Shown here: in pieces, positions 31,496 through 45,311 of the stretch | Position numbering within the stretch: the stretch's first letter is position 1 | Layout of the letters: every line of letters starts with the position of its first letter | NCBI RefSeq assembly: GCF_009914755.1 | Contig: NC_060929.1 | Source of the DNA: the human T2T-CHM13v2.0 reference genome, Homo sapiens | Reading direction: 5' to 3' (one strand) | Length of the DNA: 64,000 nucleotides | Program-made: the position numbers and the translations under genes | The notes under the pieces: model-generated | Databases searched by the model: none | What the model was told of the DNA's origin: nothing | Seen by the model: only the letters and a program-made list of their open reading frames with translations

Positions 31496-33204
31496 GATAG
31501 GGACAGAAAGGTATGGGGCCTTGGTTAGAGTTTGTTTGAATACCACCTCAAAGACAGGGAAACATTCAATTAACCATTTCTGTCTGATTTCTCAACTTTA
31601 CACCACTATTATCCTTTCTTGATAGATCAGGAAAATGGTCACTTACATTTAAAATAGATTATGTAGCCTCTTGCCATTTTTGGAAACATTCTTAGATAAT
31701 AGAATTACTGAATTTCCAGACAACTCAACAGGATCACACAGACTCTCAAATCAACATACCTAGCAATCATGACTACACCGTGTTATGAGCTGATAAATTC
31801 ATAGAGCCTAAAGCATTACAGAAGGAGGGAGTGGAGAAGCGTGCTTATCTTCCTTGTGAGTTAGCCTCAATTTCAGAACAAACTCAGCAGTGCCAAGAAT
31901 AACCGATTATTCTCCCTGTGATGAAATGTACTTTCCAACAATATTGAGTCCTTCCCACCAGTACTAGGTTACGATGTCAACATGGGTTAGTTATTCTCAC
32001 GCCAACATGAGGATTGGCCTAATTATTCAGGTGCCAGCATGGGAGCTGAGACCTCACTTTCTCTCCCAGAAATGAGAGCATGACCACCCCGATAAGCACG
32101 ATACCCCCTCCTGCCAAACATCCCTCTGCAGGAGGCCGTGAACCAATACCGTGTGAGCTGCAATGCTGTCTCTTCCGGAACTCAATGTCGCATTTCACAC
32201 ATCTAAGTTGGTCGCCAGCCTTTGGCAATTTCCAAGTTTCCCACAGATTAATGAAAAATCCAGCTGTTTCCAACTATTTGGAACAAAACAATATGTGATA
32301 AAATGAGGAGAGAAGGGAATCGTTATCCAATTTCTCCAGCAGTCAGAGAGATTTGGAACATACTGGGAAGAAAAATTACAAGCTCGATTGTTCAAAGATT
32401 TAAAAAAAGAAAGAAAGCTTTGTATTAAATTTCTGAGAATGCTTTTTATTTACCATACAGAGAGAGCTAAAAAAGCTATTCTTTGATTAATCAGGTATGA
32501 GCTAATTCTGCCTTCCTAATGCAGCCTGGGAGTCCTTTTAGTGAAAGGTGAGTAGTGATGGCTCCCACGAAGGACACTGGGACATCTTGGCTATAAATCT
32601 AAGTGGGAATGGAAGTTGGGGCAGCAGTTAAAGGAAACCGTTGTGTAGGCCAGTGCTCCTCAAGCTTTCTGAGGGTCTGCCCGTGCAAGAATGACAGATA
32701 CATAGAATCATCCATTATGTAGCCTTGGCTTCTTTGACTTGGCATAATACATCTGAGATTCATCAATGGCTACAGGGTGGCTGTGGCAACAAGGCCTCCC
32801 TTTTCAGTATCCAAATAAGGATAGAAAAAAAAAAAAAGAAGTTTCTGCTCATGAGACCCTTTTTTCATCAGGAAGGACCTATTTCACAAAAGCTCTCAGC
32901 AATGTGTCCTCGGGTCACTTTGATCTGAATTGACTGTCCTGCCCATGCCAAGCTACAAAGGAGGCTGGGAAAGTGAGTAGTGGACATTATTTACCATGGA
33001 ATGTGCCACTGCCAGGAAGGAACCCAGGAGATGCACTAAATCCCGTATTCCAGGCTGTCCCTTTCATCTCCCTCACAGGCCAACGAAACTCACACTCAAC
33101 TTTAAAAGAAGAAAGGCTATGGGTGAAGGAGGAGAAACAGAATACTAAGGAGAGATGTATCATGAGGTATTCCAAATATACGTCTTCGTTAAAAGATCAT
33201 CACA

Positions 33205-33372
33205 CACACTTAACCTCTCTGGACCTTAATTCCCTCATCTGTGAAATATAAATGGGTATGCCAGTGCCTGCAGTATAAGGTTATCTTGAGAATTAAACAA
33301 GAGAATATGTGGCAAGCACTTGTTACATACCTGATGCATAGTAAGTAGTCACTAAATAGTGGCTGTTATTAG
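33205..33372 (+). mobile_element. MIR SINE relic
   Basis: cacttaacctctctgga...cctcatctgtgaaata...gagaattaaacaagagaatatgtggcaagcactt...catagtaagtagtcactaaat. Confidence 0.75.
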
Positions 33373-33734
33373 AAATTTAAGCAAAGAAGCATATTCAAAA
33401 GTATTAAATACTGAAGGCGTATCATTTCAATATACTAGAATTTGGAAAAAGGAGAAATTGTCCCTCGGAGTCATCTAGAAAAGCTGCATTGTGGAAGCAA
33501 AATATGAGCTGGCCTTGAAGGATGGCTAGAATTTAAATAGTGAAGAAGAGAAGGAAAGGCATCCAAGTGAAAGAAACAGCACGAGTGGGAAGGCTTAGAC
33601 AGGAATAGGGGCCATATTTGTGCTATGGGAAGGAGAAAGGCACTGATACCCAGCAAGTGCCTACTACATGCGAGGCACTTGACAGGCACATTGCATATGT
33701 CTCATTTAGGTTCTTCAATAACCTCGGGAGGTGG

Positions 33735-34578
33735 TGTATTGGTCAGGGCTCTCCAGGGTAACAGAACCTATAAGATGTTGTGTTAGTCGGCTAGGGCTGT
33801 CATAACAAAACACCATAGACTGAGTGGCTTCATCGATAGAAATTTATTTTCTCACAGTTCTAGAGGCAGGAAGTCAGAGACCAGAGTGCATGGTCAGGTT
33901 CTGGGGAGGGGCCTCTTTCTGGCCTGTAGACAGCCACCTTCTCATTGGTGGACACAGAGTGAGCTTTTTCTCTTCCTCTTCTTATAAAGTCACTAATCTT
34001 ATCATGAGGACCATGGCCTCCTGATCTAATCTAACCCTAATTGCCTCCCAAAGGCCACATCTCCAAACACCATCACATTGGGGGTTAGGGCTTCAACATA
34101 TAAATTGTAGGGGGACATAAACATTCAGTCCAGAACAGATGTGTATTATGCAGAGAAAGAGATTTATTTGAAGGAATTGGTTTACAAGACTGTGGAGGCT
34201 GATTGGGGAAGACACAACCTGGAGGCTCGGAAAAGAGTTTGGTTTGAATTCAAAGACCATCTGCTGGAAAAAAATTCAAAGACCATCTCCTGTACCTTTA
34301 GTACAGGAAGAGCCTGTGCTAAATATGCGGGCTGAAGGCTGTGCTAGAGGACTCCGTCTTGCTCAGGTGGGGGTCACCCTTTTGTTCAACTCAAGCCTCT
34401 AACTGGTTTCATGAGGCCTATTCAACATTATGGAGGGCAATCTGCTTTACTCAAAGTCCATCGATTTAAATGTAAATCTCATCCAAAAACACCCTCACAG
34501 AAACATCCAGAATAATGTTTGACCAAATATCTGGACACTGTGGTCCAATCAGGTTGACACATAAAATTAGCCATCTTA
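33735..34578 (-). mobile_element. MLT2 (MLT2D-like) ERVL solo LTR inserted into a MIR
   Basis: tgtattggtcagggctctccaggg...gttgacacataaaattagccatc; perfect 5-bp TSD ggtgg at 33730-33734 and 34579-34583. Confidence 0.85.
33779..34137 (-). mobile_element. MLT1A-like MaLR solo LTR nested in the MLT2
   Basis: tgtgttagtcggctagggctgtcataacaaaacaccatagactg...acattcagtccagaaca; perfect TSD gatgt at 33774-33778 and 34138-34142. Confidence 0.85.
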
Positions 34579-34959
34579 GGTGGGTTTCAGTCCTAGTTTA
34601 TGGATGAAGAAACTGAGGCTCAGAGGGGTTAGGTAACCTGCTGAAGGAGGCGAAACAGCTGAAGTGGAAACGAGACCAAGTTCTGTCTGAACCCACAGTC
34701 GTGTGTTTCCATGATGAGTTGTTCTGAGTCTAGAGAAATTTATTTGAATAGGACATTTTGAAACAGGAAGAGGGCTTAGAATAGTGAGTGCCTGTGTGTC
34801 TTCCACAGTTATCATGGTGCCTTTCCATAGAAATGCTTAATGTACACTTCAGAGGTGGATGGATGGATGGATGAAATAAAATATCATCACTCTGAGTAAT
34901 TATGGGTACAAAAAAACAAAAATTCTAGTATTTCTTCACATCTGACTTGGCTTTATGGC

Positions 34960-35165
34960 TAGGCTGTTCAAAACGCAACCAACAGTCACATATGCCTATT
35001 AAAATTAAATTTTTAACTAGTTAAAATTAAATAAATAAAAATTCCATTGCACGAAGTACAAATTGCACTAGGTACATTTCAGATACTCAGTAGCCATACG
35101 TGGTTAGTGGCTGCATATTGAACAGCACAGATACAGAACACTCCATCTTATTAAATTCTATTAGT
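34960..35165. mobile_element. MER3/MER33-like hAT-Charlie fragment
   Basis: acatttcagatactcagtagccatacgtggttagtggctgcatattgaacagcacagat. Confidence 0.65.
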
Positions 35166-36618
35166 ATTATCCAGGGAGACTATGCTTGTCTTCCCATCGT
35201 AGAACCTCTCATGCATGTCTCTGTGAGCATATTTCTTGTGCCTTGGGGATGAATTATGAGGAAACATGTAACTATAAACCCAACCAATCTCCCATTGGCC
35301 AAGGCCTTTCTTGCACACTGTGAATCAGTGAGGAGCTGGCCCTCTGGTGCCTGTTCCTGCCTCACAGAGGCAGAGTAACTGCCTGCTCCTCTGGGTCTCT
35401 CCATAGACCAAAGGTGCCATTGACATTTGGCTCCATTCAAACTATAAACATCTAACAAGCTCCAGATGCACACGTAGTGGATTTAAAGTCCTGTCAATAT
35501 GGACACTAGAGTCTGAAATGAAACACTTGGCATTCAATTTGACTAAAATGTTAAACTCACAATTTATTGGTTCAATAAAATGTGAATGCTAACAGCCAGT
35601 TTTTACGCTGGAGCCTCCACATCTGTGTATGTGTGTGTGAATGTGTAAATGCAATTTTTCAAGGCAAAGCTAATAGCAAAGTTAAAAAACGGTCTTCAAA
35701 ATAGAGCTTTGGCGATAATAATCATTTTTAATGGACCTGAAATGTTATTCATGATAAACGTGTTGCCAAGCAAAATCCTTTCCTGTGTTGGGTGATAAAA
35801 CAAAATTGCTGATAAACTACAATGTCTGTGAAGGGTGAAGACACAGACGGCCGAAGAAATGAGAGCTATCAGAAAATATGAGCCTTCCCAAAGGCTGTGA
35901 CACTATCTTCCAGTGTTTTCCTCTGCTAGGGCTGGCTGACATGTGCAAAGCTACAAATGACCAACCTTGGTGAAAAATAAAACATGCAAGCTTTTTTAGC
36001 TGTAGAGGGAGTGTGGAAGGCAATAACAGTTTTATTAAATGTTTGACTCAAGAATGACAGTTAAAAATAAACAAAACTTGTGTTTCCCAATCAATAGGAA
36101 GAAAAACATACTTTTTTCCCTGACATCAATTTCATCTCTCCCTTTCTGTTTAAAATGGGAACATGGGAAGGTGGAGTAGATATACTTTTCCCTATTCCTC
36201 CCACTAAGTACAACAAAAAAGCCTGGCTGTTATGTATAAAACAAACGTAGAAGACTCTTAAAGGTGAAAAAAAGACAGAACTGTTAGGAACTGTTGGGAG
36301 ACTGAAAAAACAAAATGGTGGGAAGTTTTCTGGGATGTCTTTTTGCTTCATATATCCAAGCATTGGAGATAAAGAAGCTGGCAACCATAAATGCCATCGA
36401 TCACAGGCAAAAAGGCAAAAGCAAAAACAAAACCCCAACAAAAGCTTGCTCACTTTAGCCAAAAGACTAGGAATTAGACAGCCTTGTAAGACAGAAGACT
36501 TTTAGACAATAACTGCCCTGATACAACCACAGAAAAAGTATGTCCCCAGCTTCAGTCATGCCAACAAAGGCTCAGGGAAAGCCTAGATTTTTACCCTCTG
36601 GAGCCTGTTATGGGAGGC

Positions 36619-36984
36619 TGCTATAGCTTGAATCCGCTCATCCCAAAAAGTAGGTGTGGAAAACTTAATCCCCAATCTAACAGTTTTGGGGGTTGGGGCC
36701 CAATGGGAGGTGTTTAGATCATGAGAGCTCCAACCTCACAAACAGATTAATGCTGATTATCAATGGGCTTGAAGCTGCAAGTTCCTCATCTTGCTTTTCT
36801 TTGCTGTCTCTTTGCCCTCCCACCATGAGGTGGCTTAATAAGGAAACCCTCACCAGACACTGGCCACTCAAGGTCCCCTATAAGGATTTCCCAGCCCCTA
36901 GAATTGTGAAAAATAAATTTATTTTCTTTATAAATTACCCAGTCTGTAGTTTTCTGTTATAGCAACACAAAGCAGACTAAGACA
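36619..36984 (+). mobile_element. MSTC/MSTD-like MaLR solo LTR
   Basis: tgctatagcttgaat...aaattacccagtctgtag...agcaacacaaagcagactaagaca. Confidence 0.8.
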
Positions 36985-37339
36985 AGCATGCACTAAGAAG
37001 GGAGCCAGGACTTTCATCCCTGCTGATTTTTAACATGTCCCACCCTTACTCCAAAATATAGAGACCACATGGGGAACTTGAACTACTACCCTCACTCAGC
37101 AACAGTAAGTCATTCCTCTTTCCCTGATAGACTACTGCCATAAACCTGGTGGAGAGTCAGGATGCTCATCATTACCATTGTCACGAGTGGTAACAAGGCG
37201 ACCTCCCCTCCTGTGCTGTCAGTGGAAGCCACACAGGGAGCAATAACAAAGCATGCCTACTACCCCTCCCAGCCAGGCAGTGTCAGAGAAGCCAGGTAAA
37301 GTGCTGGAGCTCCCAGGCCTGCCCAGCAGTTATGAGAAG

Positions 37340-37762
37340 GGATATGGTTTAGATGTTTGCCCCCTCTAACTCTCATGTTGAAATGTGATCCCCAGTGTTG
37401 GAGGTGGAGCCTAGTTGGAGGTATTGGATCATGGAGGTGGATCCTTCATGAATGGCTTGGTGCCACCCCCGTGGATATGAGTGAGTTGTCACCTCTATTA
37501 GTTCATTCGAGAGCTGGTTGTTAAAAGGAGCCTGGCATCTACTCCCCTCTCTCTCTGACTCCCTCTCTCTCCATGTGACATGCCTGCTCCCCTTTCACCT
37601 TCCATCATGAGTAAAAGCTTCCTGAAGCCTCAGTAAAAGCTGGGCAGATACCAGCACCATGCTTGTACAGCCTGCAGCACCATGAGCCAAATGAACTCCT
37701 TTTCTTAATAAATTACCCAGCCTCAGGTATTCCTTTATAGCAATGCAAAATGGACTAACACA
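37340..37762 (+). mobile_element. MSTB-like MaLR solo LTR
   Basis: gatatggtttagatgtttgcccc...ctcatgttgaaatgtgatcccc...agcaatgcaaaatggactaacaca; TSD agaag/aggag. Confidence 0.85.
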
Positions 37763-37813
37763 AGGAGACCCCCCACAAGTGTTTAATAGATGCCTGTGAG
37801 GAACTCAGACTTC

Positions 37814-38249
37814 TATCTTAGTGTGTTTGTGTTGCTCTATAAAAGAATACCTGAAGCTGGGTAATTTATACAGAAAAGAGGTTTATTTGGCTCATGATTC
37901 TGCAGGCTGTACAAGAAGCATGATGCCAGCATCTGTTTCGGATGAGAGCCTCAGGCTGCTTCCACTCATGGTGGGAGGCAAAGCAGAGTCAGCATGTGCA
38001 GAGATCCCATGGTGAGAGAGGAAGTGAAAGAGAGGAGAGAGGTGTCAGGCTGTTTTTAACAACCAGCTCTCTCTCTCAGGAACTAACAGAAGGAGAACTC
38101 ACTCACCTCCCGACCCGGGGGAGAGAATCAGTCTCTTCATGAGGGATCCACCCCCATGACCCAAACCCGTCCCAGTAGGGAAACCACCTCCAGCATTCAG
38201 GTCAAATTTCAACATGAGGTTTGGGGAAACAAACATCCAAACTATAGCA
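37814..38249 (-). mobile_element. MSTB1-like MaLR solo LTR
   Basis: Ends aaacatccaaactatagca; perfect TSD acttc at 37809-37813 and 38250-38254. Confidence 0.85.
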
Positions 38250-38869
38250 ACTTCTCTCCCCATCAGCCGGTACTGACGTGCTTCTTCCCCTCTCCTTGTT
38301 TGAGTGGTGGCCGAGGAAGCAAGCCAAAACACAAGGTTTAAAATTCACAGTCTCATAGCATGAGACCCAGAATGTCCAGGTTTCCATCAAAAATCACTCA
38401 TGACACCAAGAATCAGGAAGTTCTTAAACTGAATTTAAAAAGACAATAAAAAGATGCCAACATTGAGTGAACGGAGATATCTAACATCTCTGTCAAAGAG
38501 CTTTATCTGACAAAGATTTTTAAGGCAGCCATCGTAAAATGCCTCAATGAGCAGTTACAAACACACTTGAAACAAATGAAACATAAGAGTTTTGTCAAGA
38601 AAATAGAAAGACATAGTAAATAAATAGATGATATTAAGAGCCACGTGGAGGGTGTTTGTCACTTGGTTGCTGAATTCCACTGTTCTCCCCTAGACACTCT
38701 ATTTGATATGCAGTTATCTATTTGTTGTTTTGCCTGTGGAGGAGATGAGTGCTGGGTGCCTCTGGTCAGCCATCTTGATAATGCCCTTTCTTTCTGTTAT
38801 TATTTATTACAACTGCATGTAAACCTATAATTATCTCAAAATAGAAGGTTTAATTAAAAAATAAAAACA

Positions 38870-39004
38870 GGTTGGATGCAGTGGCTCACACCTGTAATCC
38901 CAGCACTCTGTGAGGCCAAGGGGGAGGATCTGCTAAGGCTAGGAGTTCAAGACCAGCCTGAACAATATAGTGAGACCCTGTCTCTATCAAAAGAAAAAAA
39001 AAAA
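38870..39004 (+). mobile_element. FLAM/Alu left monomer
   Basis: Single Alu monomer ending gtgagaccctgtctctatc plus an A-tail. Confidence 0.85.
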
Positions 39005-39861
39005 GTAAACAGTGCACCTTCTAAGGCAAACAACTTCATAAATTATGACCAACTATCTAACGATTTTGGATCCCTTTTCCACCCTCCAGTCTTATGCTCA
39101 TTAAAGTACAGTATTTACATTTAAAATTGTATTAACTGAGATAAAGTACAAAATTAATTCTCAATTCAAGGAGACACAGCTCTGTTCTGTGGACAAAGGA
39201 CAGGAGAGAACAACCTAAGAATAAACAACTGTACTATTTTCCTGGCTATGTAATTCAATTTAATGCTTATAATTCTTTAGGCATAAAAATGCTTAATCTT
39301 TAAGATTAAATTTATTAATTCAAATGCATTTATATATCTACCATATGGCCAGGTTTATATTTGTTTCATTTATTATTTCAGACCTTCTGGTAATAAAGAT
39401 CTCTCCGCCCAGAACTGGACAATCACTAAACCTCCTTCCTCTCCCACCCCCACCTCTAATATTAGTAACTCCAGGTCCAACTCCAGCTGTCATCTGAGAA
39501 CAAACTGTTATGAATAGAATAGTACCTTGTGACCATAACAAAATAACACCATGATTCTATCATTAACAAAATAATGTGTTTTCCTTTACATCAACATTGC
39601 TGGTGTAGTTAGTACCATACAAAACCTAAGAGAGACACGGATGGATTACTGGGCAATGAGACGATAAGAATTATTTGGAAATTACCATTACTCTTTACTC
39701 ATCTCCTACTCCCCAGAGCCAATTTGTGTGCTATACTTGGGGGAAAAAATGCTGGGTCACAGAAATTGCTTTTCCATAGGTCTGGCAACTGTGTGAAAGG
39801 CCTAGGGATGGGCAATAATGTATTCTAAAATAGCATGTGCTTTGTCAAAAGTTCATTTGGA

Positions 39862-40540
<679 letters not shown>

Positions 40541-41673
40541 TCACTTGTATTATTCGGACCCTGTCACAAGAATCATGCATTTGGAATTGGAATTCCATCA
40601 TAACCATCCCCAAATCCAATTTTTTGTGTGTAGGGAGTGAGGACATAAGTGTGACATATTATGAAGAGAAATTTTTATAAATTTCAAGGAATTCTTATAA
40701 GATATAACAGCTTTTAGTCAACACAGTTTTGGATGAACTGAGTGTAAACAAATATAAAAATGGCTATTAAATTTCCATTCAGATTTATGCACATGGGTTT
40801 AATATTAATAATTAAGAAAAGAAAGCTGGCAAAACAAATGTAAAATTTAGCCAAACCCAAAATGCTTGAAAAATAAGTCAAGGCTTTCTGAAAACATAGA
40901 GCACTACTGGCTTACCCATCCCTAGTGACAAGAAATTGAGAAATTGAAACTAACTCCATTTAAATATTCTCTCTGCCCCAACAAATGCTACAGTTCATTC
41001 CTGCCAAGGAGCCCAAGAGACTGGCTCTTTAGTGCCAAGAACAAAGCATAGGTCTTCACATGCCCCCCATTCTGTCAGGGCTCCATGCTCAGATGCCACA
41101 AGGGTGGAATTTTCTCTCTTCTACCTCCAACCAGGTGACATGTTCTTACTTTTGAATCTAACTTTCTTACCTCTGGTTCTTGAAAAATATATCAGTTCAC
41201 AATTTGGAGTAAAAATAATTATCAACCCTCTGGAACCCTAGGCCTGTACCTATCCTGACTTGGAGTCCCTTTGGTGACGTTACAAGACCTAATATGATTT
41301 CATAAGACTGATGCCCCATAATTGCTATCAAATCAACATAGCAGGGCAGAGAAGGAGGGGTGGGGCAGACTTGCCATACATTGATAGGTGAGAATGTCCA
41401 GGGTAGGAATGTGTGTAGTTAAACTCTATCAATTCTTAGCCACACCTGCTTCTAACAGGGTTAACACAACTGTAATACGTGATATTGTATAGAACTCCAC
41501 AGTTTATCAAATATTTTCATCCACATTATGTCATTTAATCTTCATGATAACCCTTTGAATAGAGTATTGCCATTCTCCTGATGAGGGGACCACAGCTCAG
41601 AGAGGAATCTTCTCAAGTCAGTAGTTAGTAAGGAGCTGCCAGGACTTGAACCCAGGGATTCCAAGTTCAGTGC

Positions 41674-41938
41674 TGTTATCAGTCCATTCTCACACTTCTA
41701 TAGAGAACTAACTAAGACTGAGTAAGCATGTCTTACATGGGGGAGAAAGAGAGAGAAAGGGAAATGCCACACACTTTTAAACAACCAGATCTCATGAGAA
41801 CCCACTCACTATCACAGAAAACAGCAATGGGGAAATCCACCCCCATGACCCAATCACCTCCCACCAGGTCCCCCCCGACATGTGGGGATTACAACTCGAC
41901 ATGAGATTTGGGTGGGGACACAAATGCAAACCATAACA
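41674..41938 (-). mobile_element. THE1/MST-type MaLR solo LTR with internal deletion, inserted into a MIR
   Basis: cagatctcatgagaacccactcactatcac...caatcacctcccaccagg...gagatttgggtggggacacaaatgcaaaccataaca; TSD agtgc/agggc. Confidence 0.8.
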
Positions 41939-42370
41939 AGGGCTTTGTCCACTACACTACTGCTGAGGTAGGGCAGAGCCCTACACAGTAGCTGATACTC
42001 ACTCAATGCTTTAAACGCTTAACCCATATGTACTTAAAAAGCCACATGCTCTCCTGGAACTCTGCTGCTCAGATCCAAACTGCTAAGCCAGGAGCTCAAC
42101 ATTACCATGAACGTGTTGGTATTTTACTCTTAGACGGCATGGATCAGAATGTTTCTATGTGAAAATCTTAGAATCTCCTCCATGTTTAACTCCATTTTCT
42201 ACCATACAAGATCCTAAATACTCCATAGATATCAAAGCCATCTCTGAAAAAATGTCTGTCAAAATGTTTTTAAGAAATTATGGTGCCTGATGAACTGAGG
42301 CTTTTATTGCATTTTTTAGAGACAGAATAAAAGAAATATCTATCTGAAGTTTAAAGAATTTGTATAGTGG

Positions 42371-42678
42371 TTTGTTTGTTTGTTTGTTTGTTTTCTTTCC
42401 TTGAGACATGATCTGCACCCAGGCTGGAGTGTAGTGGCATGATCTTGGCTTACTGCCAGGCTCAAATTATCCTCCCACCTCAGCCTCCCAACTAGCTGGA
42501 ACTACAGGTGCGTGCCACCACACCTGGCTGATTTTTTGTGTGTGTATATTTATTTTTTTGTAGAGACAGGGTTTCCCCATGTTACCTAGGATGGTTTCTA
42601 ACTCCTGGACTCAAGTGATCTGCCCACCTCGGCCTCCCAAACTGCTTGGATTACAGGCATGAGCCGCCGTGCCTGGCC
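42371..42678 (-). mobile_element. AluJ-like SINE with (TTTG)n tail
   Basis: Alu body ends gagccgccgtgcctggcc; flanks tagtggttt / tagtgttct. Confidence 0.88.
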
Positions 42679-44768
42679 TAGTGTTCTTTTTTATTAGCCA
42701 AAAGATATCTAGTCCTCTCATTCAAACCTGGGCAAATAAATTAAGTTGCGATGCCACTATATACCTGCTATACTTTATATTTCATTATGATTGGAATATA
42801 AGACTATAACTCATTAAAGAAGTGTGTTTTGTTTCATATTAACTGTATAAAATAGTTCCCTAGAAGTCATTTGAATGAGGCATGCACTAACTTAAACTTT
42901 ATCCAAAAGCCAAACCAGCTGATTTTATGAGTATCAGAAACAGGTTTATTTGTATAATTTATGAAAATAGTTTTTATTTCCTTTCACTCTTGCATACTTT
43001 GGAAATATTTTCTTGAAACTGGAAAGCCAAATGTTGAAAAACAACCAGAGTTACAGTTACTGTAAATTCTGGCCCAAACAAAAGCAGACAGATCAGCAAA
43101 TTTCATGAGAAAACAAGCTCTGGTGAAATTTTCAGCTCATTAATCTATTTCTATGACAGAGTAATAGGCCCAGCAGATTGAAGAGAAGCAAATGACATAA
43201 TAGATCTTGATTCAAAAAAGATTTTTTTGATTAAGTCTCATACAACACAAGAGTAACTAATAAGAAAAATATTCAGAACACAAAACTATTGGTAGGTACA
43301 TAGCTAGTTGGAGAATTATATCCAAGAAGTAGCTACGAACAGGTCAATGTCAGCAAAACAAAGATATTTTCCATTTTAATGGATGGCATAAATATTTTAC
43401 ATAAATGCATGCTCACTAGGTTTGAGAACACTGCCCAGTAAACAGGGAAACCAGCCCCTTAAACAGGAATACCCCAGTGTGGTGAGACACAACCCTTGAG
43501 AAATTCCCTGGGAAACACTGGAGAACAAGAGAGGAGGAAGAGCCAGTGGGAGCAGGTGGGATAGGTGACAGGGGGAAAGAAAGATGATTCAAGCAAAAAA
43601 GGAGTTACTTAGAAGGGAAAAAAATGAATAAGGAAGAAAAGGATCTTTGGGTCACAGTGGATTATAGGTTAAATGCAAACCAATGCTATATCTAGAGGGG
43701 ACTTTACAAAGTCACTTGGCTCAGTAGTTGTCAAATGCCAGTTTTTATCAGTCTTTGGTGGAATGAAAATAGGACACCATATTAAGTTTTTCATAGTAGG
43801 TGGTGCTTTGGTACTTTTTAAATGCTCTTACTTGGCAAAGAACAAATGTCGATAATCCTATATCGGTCTCCAAAATCACTTTAGAAATTTTATTGGTCAG
43901 TGAAATTCAAAAATCTAGAAATTGCTAGCCAAGTCTATCCTTTGGACCTTTTCATCTGAGTAAATTAGTCTGTTAAGTATCCAAGTCCACTTAATTTGAA
44001 AGTTCTCTGGCAACTCAAACAAAAATTCAGTCTCCAAATGTCCAGCTGGTCCAAGTTTTACTCAGTGCCAACTGAGCCACTTGCCTTGAGTTTTTAACTA
44101 ATCGTAAAGGAAGGTGGTGTGATGTGGGTGTATTTTAGGTGTACCGGCAGACCTGGTTCTCACACACAATTGTGAAGGGAAGATTTTAGCCCACATCCCT
44201 ATACCAGAAACCAACAAATTAAAACAAGGAGAGTGCTGACCCAAAAAAGGAAACATCAGGAAATGATTGTTTAGGATTAAGATTTTTGTTTCTAGACATG
44301 TGCAGTAAAATACTGTCTCGTTCAATTTTATTTGCCTCCTTTGATGAGGCCAAATTAACTTAAAGCAACTGTTAGAAGAACTGCTGGTTATGGACACTAA
44401 CTAATGTCACATATTCTAAAATATTCACCCTGGAGGCTTCTTGGTTAAAACATTTTAAAACCTCTTTGATAATTAAGAATCTCTGCAATAATGAAATTCA
44501 TCAGGAATTACACCTTGGTAGTTTCTAAACTAATTATTACAGAAACTTCAAACAGAAAAGTCCTACCCAATTCTCCCCCTCCGGTCTCCCCAAGAAAGCT
44601 GCCTCCACTTCCAAATCCTTCGTTCAAGTTAGACAGTGAAGAAAAGTGCTAACCAGGGGTTGGGGTCTCACTCATGCCGTCCCTTCTAGGAGCACCAATC
44701 TACTGTATTTCTCCAGCACTACAGGAGCAAAGAGCTTGTCCTAACAGGAGAAAGAGAAGAGAGACTCT

Positions 44769-45311
44769 TGTGATGGTGAATTGTATGTGTGAACTTGACA
44801 AGGCTAAGAGATGCCCAGATAGCTGGTAAAACATTATGTCTGGGTGTGTCTGTGAGGGTGTTTTTGGAAGAGATTGGCATTTGAACCAGTAGACTGGGTA
44901 AATAAGATTGCCCTCACCAAGGTGGGTGGACATCACCCAGTCTGTTGAGGGTCTGAATAGAACAAAAAGGCAGAGGATGGGCAAATTTGCTCTCTTTGCC
45001 TGGGCTGGGACATCCATCCACTCCTGTCTGTAGACCTTGGCACTCTGGGTTCTGGGCCTTTAGACTTGGTCTGGAAGTTATAGCATTGTCATCCCTCATT
45101 CTGAGGCCTTTGGATTGGTACTGAAACTATACCACTTGCTTTCCTGGCCCTCCAGCTTCCAGACAGCAGATCTTCTCAGCCTCCATAATTGCATGAGCTA
45201 ATCCCTCGTAATAAATCTTTATATGACTATGGGTGTGTGTGTGTATGTGTGTGTATATATATATATATATATTCTCCTATTGGTTCTGCTTTTTTGGAAA
45301 ACCATAACACA
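44769..45311 (+). mobile_element. MLT2B-like ERVL solo LTR
   Basis: tgtgatggtgaattgtatgtgtgaacttgac...gatgcccagatagctggtaaaacatt...(TG)(TA) microsatellite...ctcctattggttctg. Confidence 0.85.

Larger units (their letters stand above)
36155..38640 (+). mobile_element. Ancient L1M 5' UTR/ORF1-start region split by three MaLR LTRs
   Basis: gaaggtggagtagatatacttttccctattcctcccactaagtacaac... and atctgacaaagattttaaggcagccat...acacacttgaaacaaatgaa resemble old L1M 5' ends. Confidence 0.6.

Noticed and set aside
35011-35026. Perfect 16-bp palindrome ttttaactagttaaaa
   Set aside because: AT-rich and inside a DNA transposon relic, so expected by chance or from the element itself.
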